A stretch of 63,301 bases of DNA from an uncultured SAR116 cluster alpha proteobacterium (GTDB lineage: Bacteria; Pseudomonadota; Alphaproteobacteria; Puniceispirillales; GCA-002684695). The first letter of the stretch is position 1; the number at the start of each line of letters is the position of its first letter. The notes under the pieces are model-generated. The model did no database searches, was not told the DNA's origin, and saw nothing but the letters and a program-made list of their open reading frames with translations. The stretch lies in contig CABYVI010000004.1 in NCBI GenBank assembly GCA_902522415.1, positions 1-63,301 of the forward strand. The letters are read 5' to 3'. Shown in pieces: positions 50,579 through 60,142 of this stretch. Made by a program: the position numbers and the translations under genes.

Positions 50579-50601
50579 ATTAAGACTTTCACTGAAAACA
50601 T

Positions 50602-51231
50602 TTAAACACTTATCTTTTTAAAGGTCTCTTCAAATTTTTCTACTGACAAGTTTCCAGATAGAAAATATTGTTCATTTATAACAAAGCTAGGTGTAGACTG
50701 AATATTATATTTTTTCTCTGCTTGTTGACGCATTCTGAATATAGCTTCTAAAACGGATATTTCATCTATTGCAATGTCTATTTTTGTTTTTTCTAGACCT
50801 GCAAGTCTACCTAATTTTTTTAGTTCATTGATTGGATTTTCACTCCTGCTCCACTTCTTTTGTTTTTTAAAAAGCATATCCACAAATTTATAATATTTGT
50901 TTGTGTCAATTAATCTTGCCATTGCAGAAGCCCTAAGAGCTAAACCATCTAGTGGAAAATCTCTTAATTCTAATCTTAATTTTCCACTATCAATATATTT
51001 TTTCTTTATTTCAGGTAAAGTATTAATATGAAAGTCAGCACAATGGCTGCATGTCATAGAAACAAATTCTATAAATTTTATTGGAGCATCTAATCTTCCT
51101 AAGTATCTTGGTTCTAAAATTTCCTCTATATTGAAAATTTTACTTGCTCTTGAACTTAAACCAAAACCAATAAAAGGAAGGAAAGAAAAAGTTTTCACAA
51201 AATCTCTTCTTTTTATCTTATTAAGATTCAT
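50602..51231 (-). CDS. DsbA-family thiol:disulfide oxidoreductase
   Basis: SMTCSHC, RDFPLD, cis-Pro STPSF; N-terminal RRDFVK twin-arginine-like signal. Confidence 0.9.
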   Translation of the reverse strand: MNLNKIKRRDFVKTFSFLPFIGFGLSSRASKIFNIEEILEPRYLGRLDAPIKFIEFVSMTCSHCADFHINTLPEIKKKYIDSGKLRLELRDFPLDGLALRASAMARLIDTNKYYKFVDMLFKKQKKWSRSENPINELKKLGRLAGLEKTKIDIAIDEISVLEAIFRMRQQAEKKYNIQSTPSFVINEQYFLSGNLSVEKFEETFKKISV

Positions 51232-51265
51232 TTTTTATCCTTTCAATTAATCTGATTAAATATAT

Positions 51266-51712
51266 TTATTTAGGTATTTTTTTTCCAAGTTGAATCAATG
51301 CTTCAGCTAACTTTTCACTCTCTATTTTTTTTATCTTTTCATTAAACTTTGTATTTAATTTAGAATTTTCAATTATTTTCTTGTTCTGCATTTTTTCATC
51401 TTCAAAGTCACCATTTTGAAATTTAATTTTGTTTATTGCCTTATATCCAAACATTGAATTTATTCTATTAATAATATTTATACTCTTCATTTCTAATTCA
51501 GGTCCAAGTCCTGATTTAACTCTAATAAATAGAGTTCCATCATCAAATTTATTTTTGGCAAATTTAATTTTTATTGGAGATGAGAATTGTGCATATTCTT
51601 TAGTTATAGTTGCCCATGATGATACAATTTTTGTATGAATAAATCCCCTTTTTTTTAAATAATCATTTAAAATTGGGATTTTAATATCCCCAATCTTTAT
51701 TTGGTTTTTCAT
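51266..51712 (-). CDS. DUF721/DciA family protein
   Basis: KRGF....I...W, GTL.I, RINSMFGYKAI; mutY/DUF721/dsbA/smc gene order. Likely start ATG 51712. Confidence 0.8.
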   Translation of the reverse strand: MKNQIKIGDIKIPILNDYLKKRGFIHTKIVSSWATITKEYAQFSSPIKIKFAKNKFDDGTLFIRVKSGLGPELEMKSINIINRINSMFGYKAINKIKFQNGDFEDEKMQNKKIIENSKLNTKFNEKIKKIESEKLAEALIQLGKKIPK

Positions 51713-51787
51713 TATTTTTTTGATGTTTTGAAATATTATCATAAATATCATAAATATTATAAATTATTACAAGTTAAAAAATTTTTT

Positions 51788-52834
51788 ATGACTAAGAATC
51801 AAAAAATTATTAGCGATAAATTATTGAAATGGTATGACCATAATGCCCGATTATTGCCTTGGAGATTGTTTGGGGGATCTAAACCAGATCCATATAAAAT
51901 TTGGATTTCTGAAATAATGCTCCAACAAACAACAGTTCAAACAGTCATACCTTATTTTAAATTATTTATTCAAAAATGGCCAACAGTTGATCAACTATGC
52001 AAATCTGATCTTTCTGAGGTTTTACATTTATGGTCTGGACTAGGTTATTATTCAAGAGCAAGAAACTTACATCTTAGTTCATTTCTTATTAACTCAAAAT
52101 ATAATAATTCTTTACCAAGTACTGAGAGTGAATTATTAAAATTACCTGGCATTGGTAGTTATACTGCAGCAGCAATAATGGCCATTGCATTTAATAAAAG
52201 GGCAGTCGTTGTAGACGGAAATATTAAAAGGGTAGTAAGTAGATTATTTTCTTTAGAAAAACCTGTAAAAGAAAACTATAGAGAAATTTGGGACTTTACT
52301 AATCTTATAACGCCAAACATAAGAGTGGGTGATTTTGTTCAATCTTTGATGGACTTAGGCTCAGAAATTTGCACCCCTTCAAGACCAAAATGTTATCAAT
52401 GCCCCGTCATAAATAATTGCCAAGCTAAAACCAACAAAAAAGAGAATTTTATTCCATTAAAGAAGAGAAAGTTAGAAAAAAACTTTCGAAATGGAGCATC
52501 ATTTTTTATTAGGAAAGGCCAAAAGGTGCTAATTTATAAAAGATTGGACCGTGGATTACTTGCTAGTCTAGATGCGCTCCCATCAATTGGCTGGGATAAT
52601 CAGGTGGACCAAAGATTAGAATTTATTAAAAAGTTAGAAAAGAAAAAAATATCTAGAATTAAGCATGAATTTACTCATTTTACACTAAATATGGATATAT
52701 ATTTGGTTGAATATTTAGAAAATGAGAATTCGAAATTGCCTAAAGATTTCATTTGGGCTGACATTAACAATTTAAAAAAATTCTCTTTTCCTACATTGAT
52801 GCAAAAAATTTTAAAAAAAATTATAAATGACTAA
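51788..52834 (+). CDS. mutY: A/G-specific adenine glycosylase
   Basis: SEIMLQQT, WSGLGYYSRARN, HhH LPGIG.YTA, VVDGN, FeS motif C-X6-C-X2-C-X5-C. Likely start ATG 51788. Confidence 0.96.
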   Translation: MTKNQKIISDKLLKWYDHNARLLPWRLFGGSKPDPYKIWISEIMLQQTTVQTVIPYFKLFIQKWPTVDQLCKSDLSEVLHLWSGLGYYSRARNLHLSSFLINSKYNNSLPSTESELLKLPGIGSYTAAAIMAIAFNKRAVVVDGNIKRVVSRLFSLEKPVKENYREIWDFTNLITPNIRVGDFVQSLMDLGSEICTPSRPKCYQCPVINNCQAKTNKKENFIPLKKRKLEKNFRNGASFFIRKGQKVLIYKRLDRGLLASLDALPSIGWDNQVDQRLEFIKKLEKKKISRIKHEFTHFTLNMDIYLVEYLENENSKLPKDFIWADINNLKKFSFPTLMQKILKKIIND

Positions 52835-52861
52835 AAAATTTTAATATTTTTAATATTAAAT

Positions 52862-54421
52862 TTATAGATTTTTTAAAAATTCCCATTTTATTGTTTTAGA
52901 TTTGCTGCTTATAAGATTATTTAATGGAACTTTAATCAAAATTTGCTGACTTTTTAATACATTATTTTCTGCTATAAAGATTGATCCCTCTAATTTTGCT
53001 TTAAACTCATTTATTTTAAATGTCCATCCAGAACCATTTTTTAGTCTTAAAATAATGTCACCTGAAATAGCTTTGGCTGCTTTTATATTAGGGTGCAAAT
53101 GAAACCTAACCTCAGCTTGTATTGGTATTGAATCAGGAATGCCTTTATTTATCAATTCGTCAATACCTTCTATTTTATCACCCTCTTTATTTAAAAATAA
53201 TTCTCTTTTATGATGAATTCCATATGATAATAAATATCCATCGTGCTTTGCTGAAACGTTTATCCCAGAAGTTGTTTTTTCTATTTTCTTATTAAAAACT
53301 CTTGCAAACCTATCAGATTTAGCATTTTGCTCTAGATTTGAAGAGTTTTTTCCATCTATGGAAATAGTTGAATGTGCTGAAGTGCCTCTCAAAGCATTTG
53401 ACCAACCGTTGTCTACGTTCATAAATCCACTATTGACCAGAATTAAGTTCTTTCCAGAACTAAACTCAAATGAAAGAGCGCCTGCATGCCAGTTTTGCGA
53501 GTTTCTGAATGGACTGCCTATGTCAAAGATAATAGATGTAGATTTAGAATTAATTTTTGAATAGCCATCTTTTGAAATTCCAATTGGAGATTTTATAGAG
53601 GTATCAGATTTTGAAATTAATTGTGATATAGTCTCTTTTTTATACTTACTTCCCCCATTGAAATTAATAATTGTTCCATCTGTGTGTCTAAGCATTTTAG
53701 AAAAAGAAGTAAGTTTATTAATGATTTTGGTATACTTTTCTCTAACATTTTGTTTTGAAGATTTTCCAAGGTATTGGATTTCAATAATAATTTTTAATGT
53801 TTCTAATTGTAACTGAGGTCTTCTAGAAATATGCATACCATCTTCATTGGTGATCTGCTCAATTTCATCAATTACAGTCTCTATAATGAAATTAATTTCT
53901 TCTTTTTCATTGGTGAGACAAACTCTTCCTGCCATCACTCCTAAAAGCAAATACAATTTTTCTGGACTGTCATTAATATTTTTCAAATCAAGTTCAAGAC
54001 ATCTAGCTTGAGATGAAAATTTTTTCATTAGTCTTTCTTGAAAATCACTATCAGCAGTATCAGCAAACGTTCCATAACAAAATAAGATATTACTTAGTCT
54101 TTTTGCAATCAATCTTGGAGACCATTTAATTTCATCCCAGAATGGATTTAGATTGTGCCATTCATCAACTAAGTTTCTTGACCTTATCCTTGCTTTTTCA
54201 CTACCTATTTCGCGCATATCTCTTAACCATTCAAACGAGTCCCAATAATCTTCAGAAACAATTTTAGGATGTAATAAAAATGATTTTTCTCCACGAGACA
54301 ATGAGCCTTTCCATGGGTCTACAGGTCTTATTAAAGGGTTATTAGGACTATCCCCTGAAATTTGCCAATTAAATAAAGGGCTATATTTTCTCCATATATT
54401 TCGTAATTTAAAATTGAAAAT
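52862..54421 (-). CDS. Heparinase II/III-like protein; probable AUU start at 54421 (ORF track starts at TTG 54301)
   Basis: HAGALSFE, VNSG, R.TSAHST, HDGY, RFHLHP; downstream of rsmB. Confidence 0.82.
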   Translation of the reverse strand: MFNFKLRNIWRKYSPLFNWQISGDSPNNPLIRPVDPWKGSLSRGEKSFLLHPKIVSEDYWDSFEWLRDMREIGSEKARIRSRNLVDEWHNLNPFWDEIKWSPRLIAKRLSNILFCYGTFADTADSDFQERLMKKFSSQARCLELDLKNINDSPEKLYLLLGVMAGRVCLTNEKEEINFIIETVIDEIEQITNEDGMHISRRPQLQLETLKIIIEIQYLGKSSKQNVREKYTKIINKLTSFSKMLRHTDGTIINFNGGSKYKKETISQLISKSDTSIKSPIGISKDGYSKINSKSTSIIFDIGSPFRNSQNWHAGALSFEFSSGKNLILVNSGFMNVDNGWSNALRGTSAHSTISIDGKNSSNLEQNAKSDRFARVFNKKIEKTTSGINVSAKHDGYLLSYGIHHKRELFLNKEGDKIEGIDELINKGIPDSIPIQAEVRFHLHPNIKAAKAISGDIILRLKNGSGWTFKINEFKAKLEGSIFIAENNVLKSQQILIKVPLNNLISSKSKTIKWEFLKNL

Positions 54422-54434
54422 AATGAAACCTTTC

Positions 54435-55745
54435 TTAATTAGTTTTTTTTAGTCTACAAATAAAAAAACCATCATTACCGCCATCTGATGCTAAACAATT
54501 TGGAAAAATTCTAAGCCATCCATCTTTAGTAATTGCCTGTTGGAAACTGGGTACTTCCTCTGGTAAAATAGGTAAAATTTTTATATTACTTTTAGTTTCT
54601 AAAATTGACTTTATTTGACCCTCACCTTCATCTTTTTGTAGCGAGCAAACAGAGTAAATAAGTATTCCATCCTTTTCTAACCATGTGAGACTTTGCCTGA
54701 TAAGTTTTGATTGAATATTTAAATAATTTTTTAAACTGTCTTTTGATCTATTTTTAATTATGTCAGGATGTCTTCTAAGTGTGCCTGTTGCTGAACAGGG
54801 TGCATCTAAAAGTACAGCATCAAATTTCTCTTTGGGGTTCCACGAAGTTCCGTCTGCATTTACTATCTTAATATCTAAATTTAATCTTTTTACGTTTTCA
54901 ATTAATTTATTAATTCTATTTTCATTGATATCGACTGAAGTAACTTTTTTACCAGCTTTTGCTAATTGTGCAGCTTTTCCTCCAGGAGCGGAACATAAAT
55001 CGACTATTTTTTTTTGATCTGACTTTATTAATAATTCTCCAGGTATTGTCGCGGCAACATCTTGTATCCACCAATGATACTTCTCATCTTTCGAATTAAA
55101 ATATGGAATTTGAGTTGGATTAGTTTTTTCTTGTTTTCTAATAGTCTTCCCAAATATCTGTTTTCCCTTTAAAATATCTTGCATTATAAAGGGATCTCCA
55201 GCTACAGAAATATCAAGAAATGGTTCCATTTGAAACCACTTGCAAATCTCTTTAGTATGTTTTTCACCCCAAGAATCTCTCCAGTCTTGAACAAGCCAAC
55301 TAGGATAGCTTAACTCGTCACTTAGCTGGATTATCAGTTCCTCATTTTCTCTATCAATATTTCTTAAAACTCCATTTGTAAGCTTAGATAGATTTTTTGA
55401 AACTTTTAACTTGGTTAATTCAACAGCCTCATTAATTGCTGCATATTTTGCTGATTTAATAAAAAGTATTTCAGCAATTCCTATTCTAATAATATTTTTA
55501 AATATATTTTGTTTTAACGAACCTTTTTTTGTAAACTTATTCAGGACAAAGTCAATCTGACCAAATTTTCTTAACACTGTTGTAATAATTAAGCGGCAAA
55601 ATTTTCTATTTTTGATTTCTAAGTTATTAAATTTCTCTGATGAAGAAATAATTTGTTCAAAAGGTTTGTTGCTTTTAAGGATATCATTCAACAACTCTAA
55701 GGAAATTTTTCTTGCAGGGCTTATAGGATTTTTTTGTAGAGTCAA
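54435..55745 (-). CDS. rsmB: RsmB/NOP family RNA m5C methyltransferase
   Basis: NusB-like N-terminus, DLCSAPGGK, DAPCSATG, YSVCS, DGFF. Confidence 0.93.
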   Translation of the reverse strand: MTLQKNPISPARKISLELLNDILKSNKPFEQIISSSEKFNNLEIKNRKFCRLIITTVLRKFGQIDFVLNKFTKKGSLKQNIFKNIIRIGIAEILFIKSAKYAAINEAVELTKLKVSKNLSKLTNGVLRNIDRENEELIIQLSDELSYPSWLVQDWRDSWGEKHTKEICKWFQMEPFLDISVAGDPFIMQDILKGKQIFGKTIRKQEKTNPTQIPYFNSKDEKYHWWIQDVAATIPGELLIKSDQKKIVDLCSAPGGKAAQLAKAGKKVTSVDINENRINKLIENVKRLNLDIKIVNADGTSWNPKEKFDAVLLDAPCSATGTLRRHPDIIKNRSKDSLKNYLNIQSKLIRQSLTWLEKDGILIYSVCSLQKDEGEGQIKSILETKSNIKILPILPEEVPSFQQAITKDGWLRIFPNCLASDGGNDGFFICRLKKTN

Positions 55746-55817
55746 ATTTAATAATTAATAAGTTGAAAAAAATACATTATGATTGATAATTAAATTATTA
55801 ATACAATTAGGAAACGT

Positions 55818-55988
55818 ATGATGGCAATAAAAAATTTTAATGCATCTAAAGAAAAGAAAAGTAGCAGTGATTCTAAAAAAAATAAAAAAATTTATCCTAA
55901 TCAAATAAAAGAAGTTGGAGGTAGAAAGGGGCCTGAACCTACAAGGTATGGCGATTGGGAAAAAAATGGAAGATGCACAGATTTTTAA
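55818..55988 (+). CDS. DUF1674/SDHAF4-like small protein, 56 aa (absent from the ORF track)
   Basis: ATG after AGGAAA; C-terminus KEVGGRKGPEPTRYGDWEKNGRCTDF matches the family signature. Confidence 0.92.
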   Translation: MMAIKNFNASKEKKSSSDSKKNKKIYPNQIKEVGGRKGPEPTRYGDWEKNGRCTDF

Positions 55989-55994
55989 TTTAAG

Positions 55995-56327
55995 ATGGTT
56001 GAAATTAAATCCATTTTAAAGGTCAAATCTGCTATAAGAGCTTCATTTTCTATAAATAAAATTGCTACAGTACTACATACAGGTGATGAGGATAATGGTT
56101 CTATTTTATTAAAGATAAGAAGAAAAGATTCAAAATCTTGTCTACTTGGTAAATCTTTATCTGTTGATGGTAAATATTCATGGAGTTATATGTCTGGAAA
56201 TATAGAAGAATGGTTTGAAGAAAATATTATCAATGAGAAAATTGATAACGAACTTAAAATTGATCCTGATTTATGGGTATTAGAATTAGAATCTGATACA
56301 ATTTGGAACCCTCTTGAGATGGTTTAA
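55995..56327 (+). CDS. DUF1491-like protein
   Basis: VLHTGDEDNGSILLK and DPDLWVLELE motifs. Confidence 0.8.
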   Translation: MVEIKSILKVKSAIRASFSINKIATVLHTGDEDNGSILLKIRRKDSKSCLLGKSLSVDGKYSWSYMSGNIEEWFEENIINEKIDNELKIDPDLWVLELESDTIWNPLEMV

Positions 56328-56331
56328 AATT

Positions 56332-57243
56332 ATGTTAAGTAAACAAAGGACATTTGAAATTTTAAATAAAGCAAAATATGGAGACACAGCGAGCCGTATT
56401 TTTGACATTTCATTAACTGTTTTAATTTTGGCTAATCTTACAGCTGTATGTTTGGAATCAGTTGAATCAATTAATAATAATTATAAAACTTATTTTATAT
56501 ATTTTGAGTATTTTTCAGTTATTATTTTTTCTGTTGAATATATTCTAAGAATATGGGTCCAATCTTTGAATTCTAACTCACCTGCAAAAACTCCCTTAGG
56601 AAGAAGGTTAAGGTATATTTTTAGTTTTACAGGAATAATTGACTTATTGGCTATTCTTCCAAGTTTACTGCCTTTATTTGCTGGAGGTTTGGATTTAAGG
56701 TGGTTAAGAGTACTTAGGATGGCAAGATTATTAAAAATGTCTCATTATTCGTCAGCTTTAGAGGATTTAATTACAACGGTATATGAAGAGCGAAGATCCC
56801 TTGGTGCAGCACTTTATCTTTTTTTAATTGCAATATTTCTTTCAAGTGCAATGCTTTATCTTGCTGAGAATAAAGTGCAACCCGAGTATTTTAGTTCAAT
56901 TCCACAAACCATGTGGTGGTCTATAATAACTTTAACTACGGTTGGATATGGAGATGTTTCTCCAGTAACACCTCTAGGGCAAGTTTTTGGTGCAATAACA
57001 GCAGTAATGGGTGTGATGTCAGTTGCTCTTTTAACTGGTATTGTAGCCTCAGGATTTTCAAGTCAGATGACTAGGAGAAAGCAAATAGTTGAAGCTGAAA
57101 TTGCGGATGCTTTAAGTGATGGAATAATTTCTGAAGAAGAAGAAAAACATATAGAGGAATTAAGAAAAAAACTTAATTTATCTGAAGAACATGTAAATTC
57201 AATTACAGAAATATTAAAGCATGAAAAGAAAGAAATTAAATAA
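56332..57243 (+). CDS. Voltage-gated (6TM) potassium channel
   Basis: TVGYGD selectivity filter, S4 LRWLRVLRMARLLK. Likely start ATG 56332. Confidence 0.93.
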   Translation: MLSKQRTFEILNKAKYGDTASRIFDISLTVLILANLTAVCLESVESINNNYKTYFIYFEYFSVIIFSVEYILRIWVQSLNSNSPAKTPLGRRLRYIFSFTGIIDLLAILPSLLPLFAGGLDLRWLRVLRMARLLKMSHYSSALEDLITTVYEERRSLGAALYLFLIAIFLSSAMLYLAENKVQPEYFSSIPQTMWWSIITLTTVGYGDVSPVTPLGQVFGAITAVMGVMSVALLTGIVASGFSSQMTRRKQIVEAEIADALSDGIISEEEEKHIEELRKKLNLSEEHVNSITEILKHEKKEIK

Positions 57244-57260
57244 ATAAATTTAATTATTTC

Positions 57261-58166
57261 CTAGACACCTAAACCTGCTTGCGATACAAGATCAGCTATA
57301 CTTTGTTCCTGTCTTGGTCCCATTAAGTGAGCGCCATGAACGCCTTTAATTTCTCTAAATTGCTCTAATAACTCTATACAAATCTTTTGGCCCTCAGCTT
57401 TCTCATTTTCAGCACTTTCTATCCTCTTTATTACTTTTTCGGGTATATTAACCCCAAATAAATTTGCATCCATCCATTTAGCACTTTTTGCTGAAGCTAA
57501 TGGCCCTAGACCAACAATATAATATGCTTTTTCGGTAACTCCTGCATCATTTATAGCCTTCATATATTCTTTAAGAACATCAATATCAAAAGCGAATTGT
57601 GTTTGAAAAAAGTTTGCACCTGATGAAATTTTTGCAAGTAAACCAGAGGCATTAAAGTCCTTATCAGGTATCCTTGGGAGATCTGCAGCGCCTATAAATA
57701 ATTCTGGTTTTGGATCAATTTTTCTTCCTGTTGGGAAAGTACCATCACTTTTCATTATGTGTGCAGTCTCCATTAATTGTTTACTATCAATATCATGAAC
57801 TTTTTTTGAATCTGGCTGATCTCCAACTGTAATATCATCTCCATATAAGCAAAGTATGTTTGGAATTCCTAAAGCCCACCCACCTATCAAATCTCCTTGA
57901 ATAGCAATCCTATTCCTATCTCTTGTAGTGAACTGCAGAACAGGTTCAATCCCGTTTTTAGCAAGAATAGCAGCCGTTGCTAATGCTGACATATGAGGTT
58001 TAGCACCAGCACCGTCAGTAACATTTACTGCATCAACTATATTTTTAAGGCATCCAGCTCTTTTTATTACACTCTCAGTGTCTGCAGCATCCGGTGGTGA
58101 AGTTTCAGCTGTGATTACAAATCTTTTATTTTCTAAGGCGAGTTTTAAATTACTTTTTGTAGTCAT
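57261..58166 (-). CDS. metF: Methylenetetrahydrofolate reductase family protein
   Basis: VNVTD, TTRDRNR, L.LYGD, GANFFQTQF, GAHLM. Start corrected to ATG 58166 because the longer ORF overlaps the tRNA. Confidence 0.85.
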   Translation of the reverse strand: MTTKSNLKLALENKRFVITAETSPPDAADTESVIKRAGCLKNIVDAVNVTDGAGAKPHMSALATAAILAKNGIEPVLQFTTRDRNRIAIQGDLIGGWALGIPNILCLYGDDITVGDQPDSKKVHDIDSKQLMETAHIMKSDGTFPTGRKIDPKPELFIGAADLPRIPDKDFNASGLLAKISSGANFFQTQFAFDIDVLKEYMKAINDAGVTEKAYYIVGLGPLASAKSAKWMDANLFGVNIPEKVIKRIESAENEKAEGQKICIELLEQFREIKGVHGAHLMGPRQEQSIADLVSQAGLGV

Positions 58167-58184
58167 GAAATATATCCAATTAAT

Positions 58185-58269
<85 letters not shown>

Positions 58270-58393
58270 AAAATGATTTAAATTGTTTTATCAACTATAC
58301 TTGTTTATTGCAAAGTTATATTTATTAAAAAACAAATAAAATATTTTATTTGTTTTTTAATCTTTGCTAGAATCAAATAAAAATAAAAAACAT

Positions 58394-59407
58394 ATGGATG
58401 ATTTTTCAAGAAAAGAGATAAGCATTGCTCCAATGATGAAGTGGACTGATAGGCATTGTAGGTTTTTTCATCGGCAATTTTCTAAAAAAATACTTTTATA
58501 TACTGAAATGATACCAGCTAATGCTATAATTTTTGGAAACCCTGAAAAACTTTTAAAATTTAATTTTGAACAACATCCTGTTGCAGTTCAACTTGGTGGT
58601 TCTGATCCAAGTGTTTTAGCAAAAGCATCTAAAATTTGTGGTGATTATGGTTATGATGAAATAAATTTAAATGTTGGCTGTCCATCACCGAAGGTTAAAA
58701 AAGGTAGGTTTGGAGCCTGCTTGATGGCAGAGCCCAAACTGGTTAAGGAATGCATTGATAAAATGATCAATGAAGTCAGTGTCCCAGTCTCAGTAAAATG
58801 TAGAATTGGTATTGATGAAATGGATGAAATTTTAGGTTTAGACTATTTTATAGACACTATACTAGAATCCAAAATTTCTAAAATTATTATACATGCTAGA
58901 AAAGCATATTTAGACGGTCTTAATCCTAAGCAGAATAGAGATGTCCCTCCACTAAATTATAAAAGGGTAAAACTTTTGAAGAACAGACTAAAAGGGAAGG
59001 TAAAAATTATCGTAAATGGTGGTATTGATAATATTCATAAATCAAGAAAACTTTTAGGTTGGGCAGATGGTATTATGGTTGGAAGAGAGGCATATAAATC
59101 ACCTTTATTTATTAACTCATTGAACAATATTTTGTTAAAATCAGAAAAAGATTTATCAATTTTAAGAGTAAATATTATTAATAAAATAATTAAGTATATT
59201 AATGATTCTTACAGGAATGATGTTAACTTTAAAATGCATCACATAACGAGGCATATGCTTGGGTTATATTACGGTCTTCCAGGAGGAAAAGTCTTCAGAA
59301 ACAAACTTAATCAAATTGCTTCAACTCATAAAAATCCAAAAGAAATTTTATACTTAGTTGAAGAAATGGAAGAATATATAAAACAAAGAAATTCAATGGT
59401 TGCATAA
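58394..59407 (+). CDS. dusA: tRNA dihydrouridine(20/20a) synthase
   Basis: APMMKWTDRHCRFF, QLGGSD, NLNVGCPS, HARKA.L.GL.PK.NR. Likely start ATG 58394. Confidence 0.94.
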   Translation: MDDFSRKEISIAPMMKWTDRHCRFFHRQFSKKILLYTEMIPANAIIFGNPEKLLKFNFEQHPVAVQLGGSDPSVLAKASKICGDYGYDEINLNVGCPSPKVKKGRFGACLMAEPKLVKECIDKMINEVSVPVSVKCRIGIDEMDEILGLDYFIDTILESKISKIIIHARKAYLDGLNPKQNRDVPPLNYKRVKLLKNRLKGKVKIIVNGGIDNIHKSRKLLGWADGIMVGREAYKSPLFINSLNNILLKSEKDLSILRVNIINKIIKYINDSYRNDVNFKMHHITRHMLGLYYGLPGGKVFRNKLNQIASTHKNPKEILYLVEEMEEYIKQRNSMVA

Positions 59408-59420
59408 GAAGTGAAAAATT

Positions 59421-60026
59421 ATGGATAAACTAAATAATGATGAAAACCCTTTAAGAAAACAAATTTTAGAATTAGGCCCTTTAATCTTATTTTTTATCGG
59501 TAACTATTTTCTTGGAATTTTATGGGGAACAGGAATTTTAGTTATTGCAACAGTAATTTCTATTTCTATTTCTTGGTTGTTGGACAAGAAAATACCTATG
59601 ATGGCTTCTTTTGGTTGTGCTGCAGTCGTATTTTTTGGATTATTGACTTTGATTTTTGACAGAGACGCAGCTCTTCAGACTAATTCTGAAATAGGTGTGT
59701 TTTTATTTATAAAAATTAAACCTACAGTTGTTAGTCTTATTATCGGAGTAGGTCTTATTAGTGCTAACTTTTTAGGATATAATCCTTTGAAAAGCATTAT
59801 GTCTTCTGGTATTAAACTTTCGCCTAAAGGATGGCAATCATTAACTAGACTTTGGATATTAATGTTTTTATCTATGGCTTTAGCAAATGAAATAGCTTGG
59901 CGAAATTTGACAACTGACGACTGGGTTTCATTTAAGGCTTTTGGTATACCGATATTATCAATAATTTTTGCTGTCCTTTCCATTCCTGTCATAAGAAAAT
60001 ATAACCTTGAAGATGTTAAAAATTAA
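59421..60026 (+). CDS. yciB: Inner-membrane protein YciB/IspZ
   Basis: LELGPL..FF, FIKIKPT, ANE..WR, WVSFK.FG. Confidence 0.88.
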   Translation: MDKLNNDENPLRKQILELGPLILFFIGNYFLGILWGTGILVIATVISISISWLLDKKIPMMASFGCAAVVFFGLLTLIFDRDAALQTNSEIGVFLFIKIKPTVVSLIIGVGLISANFLGYNPLKSIMSSGIKLSPKGWQSLTRLWILMFLSMALANEIAWRNLTTDDWVSFKAFGIPILSIIFAVLSIPVIRKYNLEDVKN

Positions 60027-60142
60027 TTTTCTGTCTTAAAGTAAAAAATTGTCTAAATATTTATATTTTATGTCGTTTAAAGAAAATTTTTTTTATATAT
60101 TTATTCGAATGATAAACTATAATTTTTGTGAGTATTTAAAAC

